Assembly (NCBI RefSeq): GCF_035594765.1
Contig: NC_085844.1
Location: 188,310,107 to 188,374,106 of the forward strand
Reading direction: 5' to 3'
Length of the DNA: 64,000 nt
Source: Anolis carolinensis
Lineage: Eukaryota
The position numbers and the translations under genes were made by a program. This document shows, piece after piece, positions 62,651 through 64,000 of this stretch (within the stretch, counting starts at the first letter, position 1; every line of letters begins with the position of its first letter). The notes below the pieces were generated by a model. That model worked only from the letters and a program-made list of their open reading frames with translations, had not been told where the DNA came from and ran no database searches.

Positions 62651-64000
62651 CTATGGACAAAAGGAATAAGATAACACAGATGTTTATACTGCTTTATCAT
62701 TTTCTTAACAGATTTGCTTCTCCAGAACACTAAAGACAAACAAATGAGCACCTTTTCAAAAAATTAGGCCACATACTAGATGCTATGCCAAAATACATGC
62801 TAATTAGTTAACTCCCCCCCCCCCCCCCACCACCACCATATACATGGATTCTGCATCTACTGACTGAGCCATCCATGGCTTGAAAACATTTTTTTAAATT
62901 CCTAAAAGCAAACAGACACCATTTTACTATGCTATTGTTCAGAATGAGACTTGAGCATGTATGTATTTTGATATCCACTGGGCATCCTGGGCCCAAAGCC
63001 CAGCAGATACGAAGGGCCCACTGTTTTTCCATAAAACTCCTTTTTTCAGAAATTCAAAGAATCTTCAGTAGTCTAAGGCTGAATCTACACGAGGGCTGTA
63101 TCCTAGCTCTATGTGCCAGTTTGACCCCTTTATTGCCACACACATCTTGGAAAGCCATATTATATAGTCACATTGGTACAAGGAGATGTTTCTACTATGT
63201 ACCCGTATTTACTCGAGTCTAAGGTGCCATTGATTCTAAAGTGCATCTCAATTTTCAAAACCCTGAAAACAAAACAAAAAAAAAGGATTTTCTGACTAAT
63301 ATAATGCGCAGCAGCAAAAGGTACACTCTTTGTAATATGGCCATTACAATTGCTGCCTGCTAAGCATTCCTCCTTTAAAACCAATTGTATTGGAATATCA
63401 AGACATTCAGCAATGGAAAAGTAACCTTGGGATGCATCTATGCTGTGGAATGAATCCACTTTGACTGTCTTGATTCAATGCTATGGGGTCATAGAGGCTG
63501 TAGTTTTACAAGGTCTTTAGCCTTTTCTACTAAAGAACGCTGATGCCTCAGCAAACTACAAATCCCAGGATTACATAGCATTGAGCTATGACAATTAAAT
63601 TACAGATGACATCCCTCAAATAGAAGCTCCACGTGCAGTCCCTGAAGAGGCTTCCCCTGTTGCTTTGGCTCAGCACTAAAATTACCCTATTACGTGAATC
63701 TAATGAGCACTCTAATTTTGGTAAGGTAATTTAGCCAAAAAAGGTGAGTGTTAGATTTGTGTAAATACAGTATAAGTGTTCACCATATTGGCTTATATCC
63801 AATTAGATGACGACCGTGACAGCAACTGTAATGGGTTTATTAGTTTCTGACAGCCCACCTACACTCCATTGAATTGGATGCATATCCGAGGGGATACCTC
63901 AGCCCTCAATATGTTCCTTTCACCACCTCCAATTTATCCAAATGACAATGGCATCTTCCCAAGAGTTTACAGCACTGCAGTCTTAACAGCACTCTTATGC

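Overview
Vertebrate genomic DNA from a squamate reptile. The repeat content (Sauria-type SINEs, Penelope, Vingi/Ingi-like LINE, hAT and Tc1/mariner MITEs, Helitron) suggests an Anolis-like lizard; that is an inference. Three host genes lie on the minus strand: AHCYL1/IRBIT (exons 2-17, 45060-62650, exon 1 beyond the window), a complete 21-exon STRIP1/FAM40A (12014-37968, 826 aa) and an intronless UBL4B-like gene (4399-4956). This is the AHCYL1-STRIP1-(ALX3)-UBL4B synteny block, but no ALX3 is recognisable. STRIP1 intron 15 carries a very young full-length Ty3/gypsy retrotransposon of the sushi/PEG10-like lineage (14462-20342; 920-bp LTRs with two differences seen; CCCCC TSD). It has a -1 gag-pol frameshift signal and a Tf1-type self-priming PBS. 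The most striking observation is that its integrase has no chromodomain and instead reads through the PPT into a 137-codon ORF filling the LTR U3. That peptide carries a close mimic of the LEDGF/TFIIS-N-terminal-domain-binding motif ([17 protein letters not shown]). A diverged solo LTR in AHCYL1 intron 6 (57026-58189, TACAG TSD) conserves the same peptide. This points to a candidate LTR-encoded integration-targeting module. Penelope fragments next to the STRIP1 promoter carry minimal hammerhead ribozyme motifs.
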